From Phoronis australis (taxonomy: Eukaryota > Animalia > Phoronida), in NCBI GenBank assembly GCA_002633005.1, contig NMRA01000221.1, positions 76,644-140,643 on the forward strand: a DNA stretch of 64,000 bases, given 5' to 3'. Shown piece by piece: positions 14,149 through 27,640 of this stretch. The first letter of the stretch is position 1. Every line of letters starts with the position of its first letter. A program made the translations under genes and the position numbers. The notes beneath the pieces were generated by a model, which saw nothing but the letters and a program-made list of their open reading frames with translations, had not been told where the DNA came from and did no database searches.

Positions 14149-16299
14149 TTTGGTGTCAACGTAGGATTCGTGTCATGTGTTGCCAGCCGAAATTGGTTTC
14201 AAAATCCCGAGGCTTGCCTCGCGATGATGATCTCATCCATTGGCTGTCAATAAGAAAATACGCAGGTCTTATAGTAAGAGAGAACGCAAACAGTCGAGGA
14301 ACAACCAACAAATGGCATTACTGAGCGTGAAAATTGACGATTTTGGTCATTCCTATGATGGCCTATGTTCCGTCTGTTCTTGCTATTATGTGCGCGTCCC
14401 GTTCAGTAACACTAGGTTCTCGCTAAAAAGCAAAATTTCGCGAGATTACGTGATATATTGCTGTGTATTTTAAATAAAAACACGTGACTTATATTAAATT
14501 TTAGCTAGGTCCTAGCGTACAGTAGGTCCTAGCGTCTACTGAACGCACGCCTGCCGAGCATCCGACAGTGATGTTATATTTTTGCGATATTCGTGCAAAA
14601 AAGGCTGACATCGGTATTCGAAAGAACCAAACAAGACTTGCAGATCCTACGATGTGTTCGTACTCATATTCACAATTGTCGCAGAGGAGATAGATTTTGG
14701 CCTTTGAAAACTTCTCTCACTAGATTGAAACAGACGGAGCGCATGTTAAAACGGGAAAACCTATTCCTTTGGAAAAGCTTGAATGGATGTAAACAAAACC
14801 TATCCCGGATGAAGACGCTCTGCAGGCCTACATGTACATGTATATGAAGGTTTGTGGCAACATAGACTATAGGCAACGAAATGTATCTACATTAAGTTAT
14901 GACGAGAATAGGTGCAATAAACGGATCAGTTTGGACGAATAGTATTGTCACTGGTGTGTTCGGAGAGGGCACAAAAATCTATTATACAAGACAGTGAACT
15001 AAAGCCGTGGCGTAAATGAGGAGCAGGGTATTCAACAACATGTCAAGCAAAGTAAACGATCTTGAAAAGCACAAAGACAGGCTACAGCTGCAGCATGGGC
15101 CATACTGTGACACCACGCTCTCACTGGGCGCGACTACTCAACGAACTTTTCATGAAAGCCGATGTGAATACAGTAGGTGGTAACTGGAACTAAACGAATT
15201 CATGCAATAGTTCCGTTTGCCGTTCAAATGGTGTCTGAGTAACCCTCAATATTATTGTAATAAAAAAACTATAATACAAGCATCGACATTAAAAAGCGAT
15301 CATTTACTCATTCCTCAATTTCGTCAATAAAGGCAAAACGTGTTCAGAGTAAGGAGAACTCCGTCAATCTTGTTCTCTGATGAGCATAGAAGCGTTGATG
15401 TTGGTGTAGTCTCTGTATTTGCGCGTCCGCACTAAGTAACATCAAGGATGACAATAAGCCTTTGTCGAACTGATGAACAAGACTTTATTCCCATATCTTA
15501 CAACACAGCCACTTCAAACACCCTGTTCTTATTTTTCCTTAAATTTACATTCAGCGGAATCCCCTTGCAACTAGCAAATGTCTCAGGAATTGAGATTGTT
15601 TCTTTGTGCAAAGCACTAAAACTGCATTGTTCTAGTCGAGTCGGTTGTTTAAAATGAGTAGAACCACGACTGACGAATGGCCAGGAGAAGCTGAATGGCT
15701 TTGGCGCACACGCACGCGAACCGTTAGCGACAGGTCACATTACCCTTGAAGGTTTTTATTAAGTAAGGTGTAATGCAAGCAAGTTAAACACAATTGTGAC
15801 ATTTCATGTTTAGATTGCACGGAAAATATCGATATTGTAACTGAGGTGGCACACATGACTTAGGTTGTGTACTTCTTTGTAATGGGTGGGAATAAGCGGA
15901 AGTAGGATGAGGTTAGGCAGTTTGTCAACAATCAGTTGAAATTTTATAATAAGTGGTGTTAAGAACATTAGTACAAAGACATGTAAGACAAAAATGCAAG
16001 CCCTTCTCACTTTTACCACACACCCGCACGCACGAACTCACACTCACACACACCCTCCCTCGTCAACAAACCCACACACTTGATCTAGGATGTTTTTAGG
16101 AGAAAGTTAAGGTTAGCCAGTTTCTCCAGGTTGCCTGGTATTCATCTAAATTACCATTAGTTATCAATATTCTTTGAAAATAAAATTCTCATTCTAATAT
16201 AGTAAGAAAATGACAGAAACATTTAGTTACGTACATAAGATATTTTAAATGTAAAAAGAATCCAATTGAAAACTTTAATTTAATTACTTATGGGCAAGC

Positions 16300-16830
16300 C
16301 AAAAATCATTGTTTTTTCAATAATTAAACGGAAACTACTTACCTACAACACTCAACTGATTAATTCTCCAACAATATTTTGACATTATTGCATTCGAAAA
16401 GGATGTGATCTACTGCTTTAGTTTGTGACTTGTAGAAATTACAGCAACCAGTTGAATTTGCCTGGCAAAGACTTCGCGCCTTAGAAATTTGAAATGGGAT
16501 TGATTCCATCATTGAATCACTGTTAAGGTACTGTGTTCATTCATCGTAAATGGTATTTCCCCAAGTATGTCTCCGCAATTGTCTGGCATATAACAATTGT
16601 GGCTTGAGTGGAGTGGCCCTGAACATGTTTCAATTAATTTCAATAGCTTCTGGTGTGTTGATCTAACACACCTCGGAGGTTTGGGCTTGTCTGGCGTGGG
16701 TATCCCACCACAGGATTTGTCTGGCGAAGTTCCTCATGACGCTTGGTTTAAAATTGAATATTTTGCAACTGGTTTCATGTGGTTAACTCTTGTATTGATT
16801 TAGCTCAGTTTTGGGACACCAACATATTAG
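16300..16830 (-). mobile_element. Highly decayed Tx1/L1 3' fragment
   Basis: VDHILFECNNVK near 16390-16410 resembles the C-terminal zinc knuckle. Confidence 0.45.
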
Positions 16831-16834
16831 AAAA

Positions 16835-17644
16835 TAAGTGTTAGCGTGAAAGAGAATGTGGCAACAGCGACCTATTTGACTCGAAGAAAAATGTTACTAA
16901 ACACAGTATGGACATGATAATCATTTTATTTGATTGAGTTGTTGACGGCCAAGAACTATGATATTAGAATGAATCATGTTGCACATTGCATCATTTAACA
17001 CTGGTAGTGTGAGCAAGAAGCTGACCAAGCTTTATTTTAACAAAGGCCAGTGAATTCATGACAAAGAAAAAAACATATGGTTCTAGTCTTGGATTTTTTA
17101 AAAAACTTCTGTGGTTATGCGCAAGTTTTTGGTTTCGAAATTTTCAAATAGAAAAGGCCAGCTGAAATGAGCCGGTATCCGTTTCTTAACATTGTGTCAT
17201 ATTGGCTGGCATTATTTAGGTTCCTTTTTCCCCATTGTTACCTCATGTCAAGAATTGTACACTTGGGCTACATCAAAATCCTGCACTCCCTGCTTGTTTT
17301 GTATTTGGTACATTATGTTTCACATACCCCAGAATGAATGAGGCACAGAATACTGGCGGGACTACGCGCCAGCTCCGGGCAACATTCGGTTGAAATTCAC
17401 AGGCTAAAAGTCACATGTTTTGTCCGATTTTAAAAATTCAAAAACCAAACAACGTCTACTTTTCATGAACGATTCAAATATGCTTTTTAAAAATTTTCAA
17501 CTCGAAAATTAGAAAGAATCGTCGCCCCCAGTGTGTTTATGGGGGTTGCGATTATCTAGAAACGATAACATTAACCACAACAGCATAAGGTCTTTGATTC
17601 CTGGGTTAGGCAAACCCGTCGATTTGTCCAATCTCGACCGGTTT
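16835..17644 (+). repeat. Direct duplication, copy B
   Basis: taagtgttagcgtgaaagag ... tctcgaccggttt shared with copy A. Confidence 0.9.
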
Positions 17645-18334
17645 ATTTCTCAAAACATTGTCTGGTGGTAGCTAAGGTACAAAACTATAAATCATAAGGC
17701 ATTTATTTGATGCTATGAATCTGAAAAAAAATTCAAAAGTATAAGATTTCACTTGTCCGCTAAATCATATCCTAAATTGGTGAGAATTGTTACCATGGGC
17801 AGCGCAGCACTGAAATAAGTGAGGGGGCTATAGGCCCCCAGATCGCTATGGTGCGCGCCACCCACATCCATGGGCGGTGCAGCACTGAAATACTCCCCCC
17901 TCATGGTGCGTCGCCCATGGTTGCTGTATGTTCCTGTTCCCATCAGCCAATGAACAGGTAGAGTAGACCAAGAGAACTTACCTCTCGTCGCTGAACAGAC
18001 AATGAGGACAGACAACCTGTTCACAGCATTCTTTCTGATGAGCGAATCTCCTCTTCAGAAATCTCTGCCGGAATCGGTCCAAGATCTGCAATACAACATT
18101 TTAAGATTTTAAAAACACTAATTATCATATACAAATCAAGTTGACTTAAAAGCGAATCAGATTTGAGCAAAAAGGACAACTTAACACGTGTATTCAATTG
18201 GACACCCACAACTGACTGACAAAGAGGAAGACATCATCTTCAAATAACACCGAGACACGACAATCAGGCGTTTATGCAGCGTACGTCCTGGACGTCCAAA
18301 TGGACGCTCTGGCACTAACATGGAGCCCTGGCAA

Positions 18335-19245
18335 GGACGCCCAATGTATCATTTGGAGGCCCACTATCAATAGGAATCTTTCAAGTTTGGACACACACAT
18401 TGTAATGATTACTAGGAAACCTATAGGGCCTTTCATACCAACATCGATCCGTCGATGGTTTGGGGAGTTACGGTCAGTATGAACGCTTAACTCCGGTCCT
18501 GGATCGCTGTTAACAGCTCCAATTAACGTCGCAGTTAACAGGTGGATTTAAGACCACAGCATCGACGCTGCGGTGCAGTATGAACGCTTAACTTCGGTCC
18601 AATCGAAGTTATCGCCAGGTGCCACTGTTATCGCCAACAGTTACAAGGTAGTGCCGTCACTAATAGTTGCTTATATTTTGCTCTAATAATAACCAATCGA
18701 TTTAAAAATAAGTTTAATGTCACTTAGCACATGTAAATATTTCCAAATTGAAACATTGAAAAAAATCTTAACGTGCATCGCTACCTTGTGATAACTTCGA
18801 TGACGACAGCAGCACACAACCATTTACTTCGATGTTCATTAACTACCGAAGCCAGTATGAACGGTCCAGTTAACTGCATTGTTTACATCGATGCTCCCCT
18901 CAGACCGGGCCTTATGAAGACTCACAGTGGTGGCTTTTTGCAAAGCAGGAAGAAATATACAATGTATATACAAAGTATATATAATACTTTGTATATACAA
19001 TGTTGCTATGCTCACACTTGTTTGATAGCATTGTAAAAGTCTTAGTCTAGTTTTTTTTAGTAAAAATGCTCACTACAGAAGGCTGTTTTGCAAAATTAGA
19101 TGTAAAAACCTTGGCCTATGCATTTTTTGGTAAAAAATATGTGTTTGGGGGGAATACTGGGGGTGGGGGGGGTTACGCGTCGGAATCATGGACGCCCTGG
19201 AATATTGGGAACCCCATTTTGGACACCCTATTTTCGAAATCCTGG
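18335..19245 (+). repeat. Interspersed repeat with inverted relative at 22980-23497; carries a ~490-bp insertion at 18425-18912
   Basis: Shared caatgtatcatttgga..caagtttgga and gactcacagtggtggc..ggacaccctatttt segments. Confidence 0.75.
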
Positions 19246-20599
19246 AAAAGGACTGATGACAATGCGGATGCATATAACACTAGTTTGTCAAACTCTCCCA
19301 CCTCACCACCGTCTCTGAACAGGTGAACAGAAGAGCAATACGTAGACATAGTTTCTTATGTGAAAAGCAAGATCGTGCAAGAATGTATGCTCAGGAGATT
19401 ACTGGTCTATTCTAGCAAAATGGCAGCCACTGAAGTGATTGGTTGCCAAGGTTTGAGTCTTGAATTTACTGTTCCCATTCTATAAGTGAAGACTTCTTCA
19501 CCATGAGTACAAGCTAATGTCTTGCCATCGACACAAGCAGATGTTGGCACCATCATCTTAAGCCGTTTTTATAAGAGAAACAATCGTCATGGTGGAGTTG
19601 TTACGGCACGACGGCGGCGTATTACTCCACTTTAGTCGCATTTACATGACATTAGATCAAAAACTGGATAAGTATGAGACTTCAACAGAAAGGATCCATT
19701 CCATCATGCCACAGTTAATGCTTAGATGTATAGTTGAGATTGGAGCAACCGATTGAGTGCACCTTGCTCTACCTCTCAAACCAGAGTCAAAAATGGCTGC
19801 CACGGTGTCAACTTCTTCCATGTCAATGGTGTTTACAACCGCTCTTTTGCCCGATAAAGTATAAATGGAACTTTACGCACAGTCAACTTGGGCCACATCA
19901 AAGTTATTGCCTAAACACACTCAGCAAGCAAAACAGCTCGACTTGGGAGACTTGCCAAATTTAAAAATCAGATTTTTACACTTTCAGCTTTATAGTTTGC
20001 AATATCAGTCTGCTAGTTTCAACGCTATATTCCTACAATAACTCTGGCTATCTCATTTGATTGTCTTTCAACACAGCAACCCCACATACTCACATGCTCA
20101 CTGTCAAATATGGAGAAACTTTAAGATCTTGTCTGAAAGTGACCTATTTATGTTTTCAATCAAACCCAAGCCACCAAGCTATTGAATTTCAACCAATGAA
20201 AGGGATACTGAACCTGCATCTATGTAACAGCTCTGACAGAACATCACAATTTTTTTCCCTGCACAAAAACAACAGAGTTTTTTTCATTATGTACAGTAAA
20301 ACCTTAAATAGGGAATTCCATAAGATTTCTTCATACCTACTTTTATTACTACAAGAAATAACAGACTAATAAATAATTACATAGGAATACATGTTTAATA
20401 TCTGATGTAATTATAAAGATTTGGAACAAAACACAACCTGAAAGGTTGGCACTTTGTTCAAAGCACTGCACGTAGGTTTTCTAATTAGACAAAAACTACA
20501 CGTGTTATAACCCCAGTGTTCTACTTAGACAAACATTGAAACAAGATGTAAATTACGTGTCATGTTCTCCTGCTATAATCTTCCTTTATATTAATTCAC

Positions 20600-21010
20600 A
20601 AAAAACAACTTTAGTTACGACTTCTACAAATTGGTGGTCCAAAGGGTCTCTAACACCTTTGGCAAACTAACTGTTATTAAATCATTTGCTCTGCCAATAC
20701 TGGTCTATCTTCCGAAAACATTCTCGTCTACGTCTACGTCTACACCATGGTTGAATTACAAGACAAACTATTTTATAGTTTAATCTGGCAAAATAAACCT
20801 GACAAAATTAAGAGGACCACCGGGGTTCAAGATTTATCATTGAAGGGTACACTTGAAGTCATTCATCAACTCCCTTAAAATTATGAGGTTTAGAAGATTA
20901 ATACAACACGATGGAACCTGGAAGAAAATTATAATTCCAACAAATCTGTTATTTTCACTGAACGTATTTAATTTCTGTACGGCCAATTTTCGTTTCCTAG
21001 CTGCAACGAT
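20600..21010 (+). mobile_element. Decayed Tx1/L1 ORF2 fragment
   Basis: FGKLTVIKSFALPILVY; LIWQNKPDKIKRT; FINSLKI. Confidence 0.65.
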
Positions 21011-22498
21011 TCATAATCACTTGGATCTGATTCATTTCCACTGAGCAAACACTTTTGTCCCATTCGCTGTTGTATCAGTCATTCGTGTTTGTTGAGTGAA
21101 AGTGAATACAGAACCATGATGAGAGCCCTTCATGTCACTTTCTAATGTCAGATGGAGAGTAAACACAGGCGTGCCAATGGAAGAGTAATTAACATCCCAA
21201 TATACATGCCCATGGTAACCAGGGATCTGCGTTTTTGCTAACTAAAAGTAACACCAAAAAACAGTGGAAATTATGTGAAGTGAGAAATAGACTACATTGC
21301 AGTGGTGGATTTATGGGAAGGGGCAAAGGGGGCCATGCCCCCCCCCCTCCTTAAATTCTCCCATATTCCATTTGGTAGATCAAGGGTGCGAATGTCTGAC
21401 GGGCAATATCCTGGCTATATACTCTGCCCTGGGCCCCCTCACTCAAAATCCTGGATCTCCCTTGCATCGTATTGTAAAATTGATTAACTAAACTCCTACA
21501 AATCCATAACATGCTCACAGGATTAAGGTTGTTGAATCCTCGACTCTACCACATTATTCGTTTTAATTTGTTTGGAACTGGTATTAGATAAGAGTTTACG
21601 AGTTTTCATAAAGTTTGAATTTTTTCCACAAAAACGAAGCAGTCATTTGCATTTAATTGCCAGGGAGCAGTGATAAAACTTTGTGCTCTCATTTTTAGAA
21701 AATGCAAGGATATACGACCTAGGAGCTGTTTTGCAAGTCGGATCAAAGATCATGGTTCATTTCAGTACATAACGTTCAAAAAAGTTCAGCTTAATTGAAC
21801 TTTGATCAACTCCTTTACCAAACTCAGATCCAGCAATTTAATTCCTATATACAGGCACGATGTATTAAAACACCAACTTTGTATTAAATTACATTTTCCC
21901 AATTTCAACCATTCAAAATCCCGGAATTGAAAAGGTAACAAAAAAGAGGATTCTGTGTGGTTCAAATTAACACAACAGACCAGCTATATCCACTCGCTCC
22001 ACATTTTTTGGTCTTTGAATGATGTCGGGAAGAACTTAAAGACATCACACATCAACTATCTCCTGGAATAGCAGCCCACAGCACAGCCATAATACTTCAA
22101 TGGCATTGGAAGGACAAATAGAGTAATGCAGCTGAGAAAAAAACTTAAAGAACACAAGAAAAACAAAGTACATGTGGAACTCCAATGGCACAAAAATGAG
22201 GTTGTAAAAGTGTTTGATGGATATTGCAGCATTGTGGGTAAATACAGCAAGATTCGAGTGTCGCTGTGTAATGTGGAACGGCCCTATTCAAAACTCATAG
22301 TAAAACATTTTTAGTCAAATCCAATTTGAATTACGTTATTTGCTTAATCATCAAAGCTAGAAACCTTGTCTAACTTGTACCAAAAATCGTCTGAAATTCC
22401 TTGTTGAAGGCCTCGAAATATTTAAAGATTTTTGATAATACGAAACATAAACTGACCTTGACTCACAGGTATAGCATTGATCAACTAGAAAGTACTTA

Positions 22499-22632
22499 TA
22501 GTGCTCATTTCAGGAAAGTGCTAGTGTTCATTTCAGGAAAGTGCTAGTGTTCATTTCTGGAAAGTGTTAATGTTCGTTTCAGGAAAGTGCTAGAGTTCAT
22601 TTCAGGAGAGTGCTAGTGTTCATTTCAGGAGC
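22499..22632. repeat. 23-bp minisatellite (TAGTGTTCATTTCAGGAAAGTGC), about 6 copies
   Basis: Head-to-tail units, no spacers. Confidence 0.9.
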
Positions 22633-25600
22633 TATTAATTCAGCAATGGTTTTAAATATCAGGAGAGTCTGCGGTTAACAGGAAAGTGTATAGTGTTCCA
22701 GGTTGCTACACTACAGAATGAGAACTAATCAACATCACCACTCAAAAGCAACATGGAGTGTTGATAAGTGCATGAAACAAAGTAAAGGGATTCTTAAATC
22801 CCATTGTGCAGAAAGACAGATGCTGAATACAGAACCAAAATACTAAAATACTAACATTTTACGTGGGGACATATAAACGTGTATCCGAGTTCTATGAAAA
22901 TGAGTGTTGCCTAAAAATTATTATGTGAAGTTTTGACAACCGCCTTGAAACAAAAAGGGGAGACTTGGTGCAGGCCTTTATCCAGGATTTTGAAAATAGG
23001 GTGTCCAAAATGGGGTTCCTAATATTCGACGGCGCCCATGATTCCGAAACATAACCCCCCCCCACCCAGGCCTTTATGCAACGTANAAAAATCTGTGTGT
23101 TTGGGGGGATTGCTGGGGGTGGGGGATTACTCGTCGGAATATTGGGAACCCATGGATAAAGGCCTGCCCCACCCCTAGCAATCCCCCCAAACACACAGAT
23201 TTTTTTACAAAAAAATGCATAGACCAAGGTTTTTACATCTAAGTTTACAAAACAGCCATCTGTAGTGAGCATTTTTAATAAAAAACTGTGTAGACCAAGA
23301 CTTTCCAATGCTATCAACCAAGTGTGAGCATAGCAACATTGTATATACTTTGCATATACATTCTATACGTCTTCCCGCTTTGAAAAAAGAGCCACCACTG
23401 TGAGTCTCCATCGGCTTCTTAGTAATCATTACAATGTGTGAGTCCAAACTTGAAAGGTTCCTATTGATAGTGGGCGTCCAAATGATACACTGGGCCTGAC
23501 TTGGTGGCACATGAACTGCCAGATCTGAGTTGTTGTAAACAGGGACACACCAGCCAAATTCCATGGTGAAGTTTTATGATCTTGGTAAATATTGTGGTAT
23601 AGGGGTAGTCAGATCCCTCTGAAAATTATTGTCAACCCAGCTCTTATCAATGGAACATAAACCTCAAATATGTCATTTCACTTAAAACTGCATTCTCTCC
23701 TATTTAGCAGCTGGCTAAACATCAGAAATGGAAGTATCCGTTAATAAATTACAGTCGCAAGCTATGCATACCCGTGCCATTTTTGGATTTTAGAGAGTAA
23801 ACTAACGAATTCGATTTTCACTTTTAGATACTGAGACAGGCTGACACTAGGGGGCATAGCAGTAATCAGATCCGCTCCAAAATCAAATCAACAACTGCCA
23901 AACCATTTGGCAGACAGCAAGGTGGACACAAAATTTGCTCGATTGTTCGGTTTGGTATGTGGCCTTACCCTTCACGTGAGGGTAACACTGTAGACAAATC
24001 CAGTCCACTGTCAGGGTCAAAGTCTGTTGGTGTGCGAGTCGAGTCGAGCATTCAACCTAATCAGCAAGAGCAATAAACCCACTAGTCAGCAATTTAGACC
24101 TTTTAAACTGATTGTATGTCAGAACCATGAAAACAGAAAAATGGACTGACGAATTGATGAAAAAAATCGTGACGATCGCATAGCACTCCGATAACCACAG
24201 TTATTTTGTAAATTAAATTAATATGACATCATATCCCCTGGTGCGAGCGATGTAAAAATGGCCAGTTGCCGGTTAAGGCACGTGAATGAAGGGCTGTTCA
24301 AAAAAGTTTGACTGCGGAAGTATTTGTTAGAGCTAATAACAGTTTAAGACATCAATGTCATCTAAGGAGTCCCCCTATGCTAAAAAATGAACTACAGCAT
24401 TATGACTTAGGTGGGTTAATCAGTGTAAGGCATAATTTGCCAAAAAGCTGTCGGTGTATGGAATGGCTATTGACTACGGCTTCTGCTGAGGCCAGTTGAG
24501 ACAGTGGCACTGTCTAAGCGACAGTTGATTGGTCGGATCTCATTCTCAATCCACAAGCCCTCTTATCAGTTGCCTGACAGGATGCTATATTAGAGAACGG
24601 AATACAACAGCTATCCAATATGGACGCCTACCATGCACTTCTGGAACAACTCAAAGCATGTTGATTTCAGAATAGTTTGCGCCAGATATTTTATCTCCAA
24701 CTGCAATACGTTCACTAGATACACCTGCTGACGGTGACAACAATAAAAACCATTAGTACCTCCAGATTTTCTTAATTCAATCAGCAACACTCAGCAACAT
24801 GTCGCAGCCCATTTCCTCCATTCACACTCGCCAAGCCACTCTCAACATCACCAACACACTTGCATCAACTAAAAACAACAACAGTAGAAACAGACTACTC
24901 CAGTAACACGTTAATTAGGTACAAGCAAAATAGGCGAACTTTTCCAGGGCCTTCGAATTTCATTCCACTTATCCTAATCAACAAGTACAAACATAGGTAA
25001 CATGTAGCCCCCACAGCTAACTTGATAGAGGCTACAACACTCCCTATCGGTCTCTGTTAATCTCATACAGTGCATTTTTAGCAGGCAGTAGGCCAAATCC
25101 ACTCGTCAAAGGGTTTCACCTCATCAAAAATACATTTTCGCTTAAAATTGTCATATCCTCGACGAAGTACATCTGCAGGAATTAATATGACTTTGGAGAA
25201 GAATTCTAATTCTATCTCCACTGTTCTGGTCGCCGTAAACTTTTTCAGTGCTTACGATAACCACAAGGTATTTCAATAAAACGACACGTGAGCTAGGCAA
25301 CAACAAGACTGAGTGAAGAGCGTAACCTGGCGTGTGACACTTGCAAAAAGTAGCATGGGAAGATATCCAGTGGAATTTATGTCCCTTTGATTTCCTGTTT
25401 ATGTTACTTCCTCATATTGGTACCCTGCAATAGAAGCTCGAGCAAACCTCAACATATTTTCACAAACATTAATATATGTAGCATTGCACCAATGTGGGTA
25501 AAATTGGTCAAATAAAATCTGATACGAAATTAGTGTCATTAAAATTACACTCTTCCTAAATTATTTACCGATGTTAGAAAAATCAGCGTTCTACCATTAT

Positions 25601-26137
25601 TCTGTAGCTACAACTGTGGAGAGACCTTGTACGTCGTAAATGCTATGAGAAGAAAGAACAATTGCTCATGGTTTGTTGAACCCGTCTTGTGTAAATTTAT
25701 TAAGTTATGTGTTTGATATGGAAGGCTGAAGTGAAGCACCAGTGGAATTCCTAGTCCCCGAGTGTCATACCTTGAATTATATATAGTGTATTGGATTGAA
25801 GATGGTCAGAAGATGAGAATGCCTGTGGTTATAAGTACCTTTTAGTTTTGTCCATAGGACACTTGGCCTTAGGCTTTGGTTAGCCTTAGAGGCCATCAAT
25901 GTGGAAAGGTACTAATAACATCATGACTTTGATGTTTTAATCAGTGTGATGCATAATTCGTGGGAAAGCTTACGGAGTATTAAACGCCTACAGGAGCTTC
26001 ACCGTCTCTACTGGGGCTAACAAGAGAAGGTGGTCACTGTCTAGGTCTATCTGACAGATTATCATCAGATCCAGAGCTAACACACAAGAGATTCCTAGTC
26101 TTGGTACAAAGCTGTATACTAAATATACAGCTTTGCA

Positions 26138-26680
26138 CCGATGTGGGTAAAAAAGTAGTAAGATAAAATCTGGCACAAAATTAGTGTCATTAAAATCTGC
26201 TGTCTTCCTTAAGTAAAATAAATTATTTAACGGTGTTGGAAAAAATGGCGTTCCACTGTTATTCTGGTGCTTAAGCTGTAGAGCAATCTATAGCGACGGC
26301 TTTTGGCGCCATGAAATATTGCGTCACCTATTGGCCAGTTTCCTTTTTTTCGCCGATTCTGCTATCAATTGTTGTTCTTTCACGAGGTTGTGTTCACGGC
26401 ACAACAAATTATCATGCCGGTAAAAAAGTGGTAAGATAAAATCTGGTACAAAATTAGTATCATTAAAATTTTGCAGTCTTCCTTAAGTAAAATAAACTAT
26501 TTAACGGTGTTGGAAAAATGGCGTTCTACCGTTATTCTGCAGCTAAAATTGTAGAGCAATCTATAGCGACGGCTTTTGGCGCCATGAAATATTGCGTCAC
26601 CTATTGGCCAGTTTCTTTTTTTCGCCAATTCTTCAATCAACTGTTGTTCTGTCACAAGGTTGTGTACACGTCACAACAAA
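26138..26680 (+). repeat. ~280-bp tandem duplication
   Basis: gtaagataaaatctgg..acaacaaattat twice; weaker relative near 25490-25620. Confidence 0.85.
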
Positions 26681-26859
26681 TTATAGAACAAGTTTCACTT
26701 CATTATAAGTTTTTTTAAATTTTCATACCGAAAAAACGAATTTCAGAAGAAATTTTGCTGCTGCCAAGCTATCATCATCTCCCGAGAGATGTCGCAAAAA
26801 TTTAGGAAATGGCGCGTGCGCGTGACACGAGCATACTGTTTTAAAAATGACGACATACT

Positions 26860-27640
26860 TTTGGTAATTGTTTACAATATGACGACATTGACCTACACAC
26901 TTGATTTTGGTATCATTCGATTCGGCGCAACGTTATCTTTCCAAAAATATATGAATGTACCCCCTACCGCGTTTTCTCCGTATTTTATCGTCAAATTTCT
27001 CTTCGCACTATTTTTCCATTGACGCCGCCATGTTAGCTCAACTCAAGATTACAGCGACACCCGTTGTTAATGAATAAAGCAGCATCCTCTATTCTGAATG
27101 GTTTGCCCACGCGAGATTTCCGCTAAAGTTGTCCTGAAATAATGTGGAGGAGCATTTCACCTTTTGTATTTTTTTAAAAATTGTGACCCTTCGACCATTT
27201 TTCCATGAAATTGTTTGAAGTGATACCCTTTTCACGTACCAATTTGGACCTCAAAAACAACCTCCGCTTTTTTGCAGATTCTTGCCAGCAGAGCTAGATG
27301 CATACCCGAGGTCACCATAGGAACGAATTTGAACCCTTGGGAACATAACTCATGCAGGGGATGTACGGGTCTTGGTCAATTTGACCTTAATAAAAGCATC
27401 GATCTGCCGAAGTCGGTAGATTAGTTCAGTTTTTGACTGCCAGGTGGCTCCTTCCATTCAACATGGCGGTGTTACTACAACGTAACGGGAAATAGTGCAA
27501 GCAGAAATTTCACAATAAAATTCTAAGGGAACAGGGTAGGAAAAATTTCTGTGTATTTTTGGAAAGATAACGTTGCAAGGAATGGAACGATACCAAAACC
27601 ATATGTTTAAGTCAATGTCGTCATATTGTAAACAATTACC
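26860..27640. repeat. ~90-bp inverted repeat pair (26860-26952 / 27553-27640), likely DNA-transposon termini
   Basis: ggtaattgtttacaatatgacgacattgac versus gtcaatgtcgtcatattgtaaacaattacc. Confidence 0.7.

Noticed and set aside
22499-22632. Possible CRISPR array
   Set aside because: Units are head-to-tail with no unique spacers, no cas genes, eukaryotic context
24760-25430. Minus-strand segments with good splice acceptors
   Set aside because: Stops in all frames examined; no model could be built
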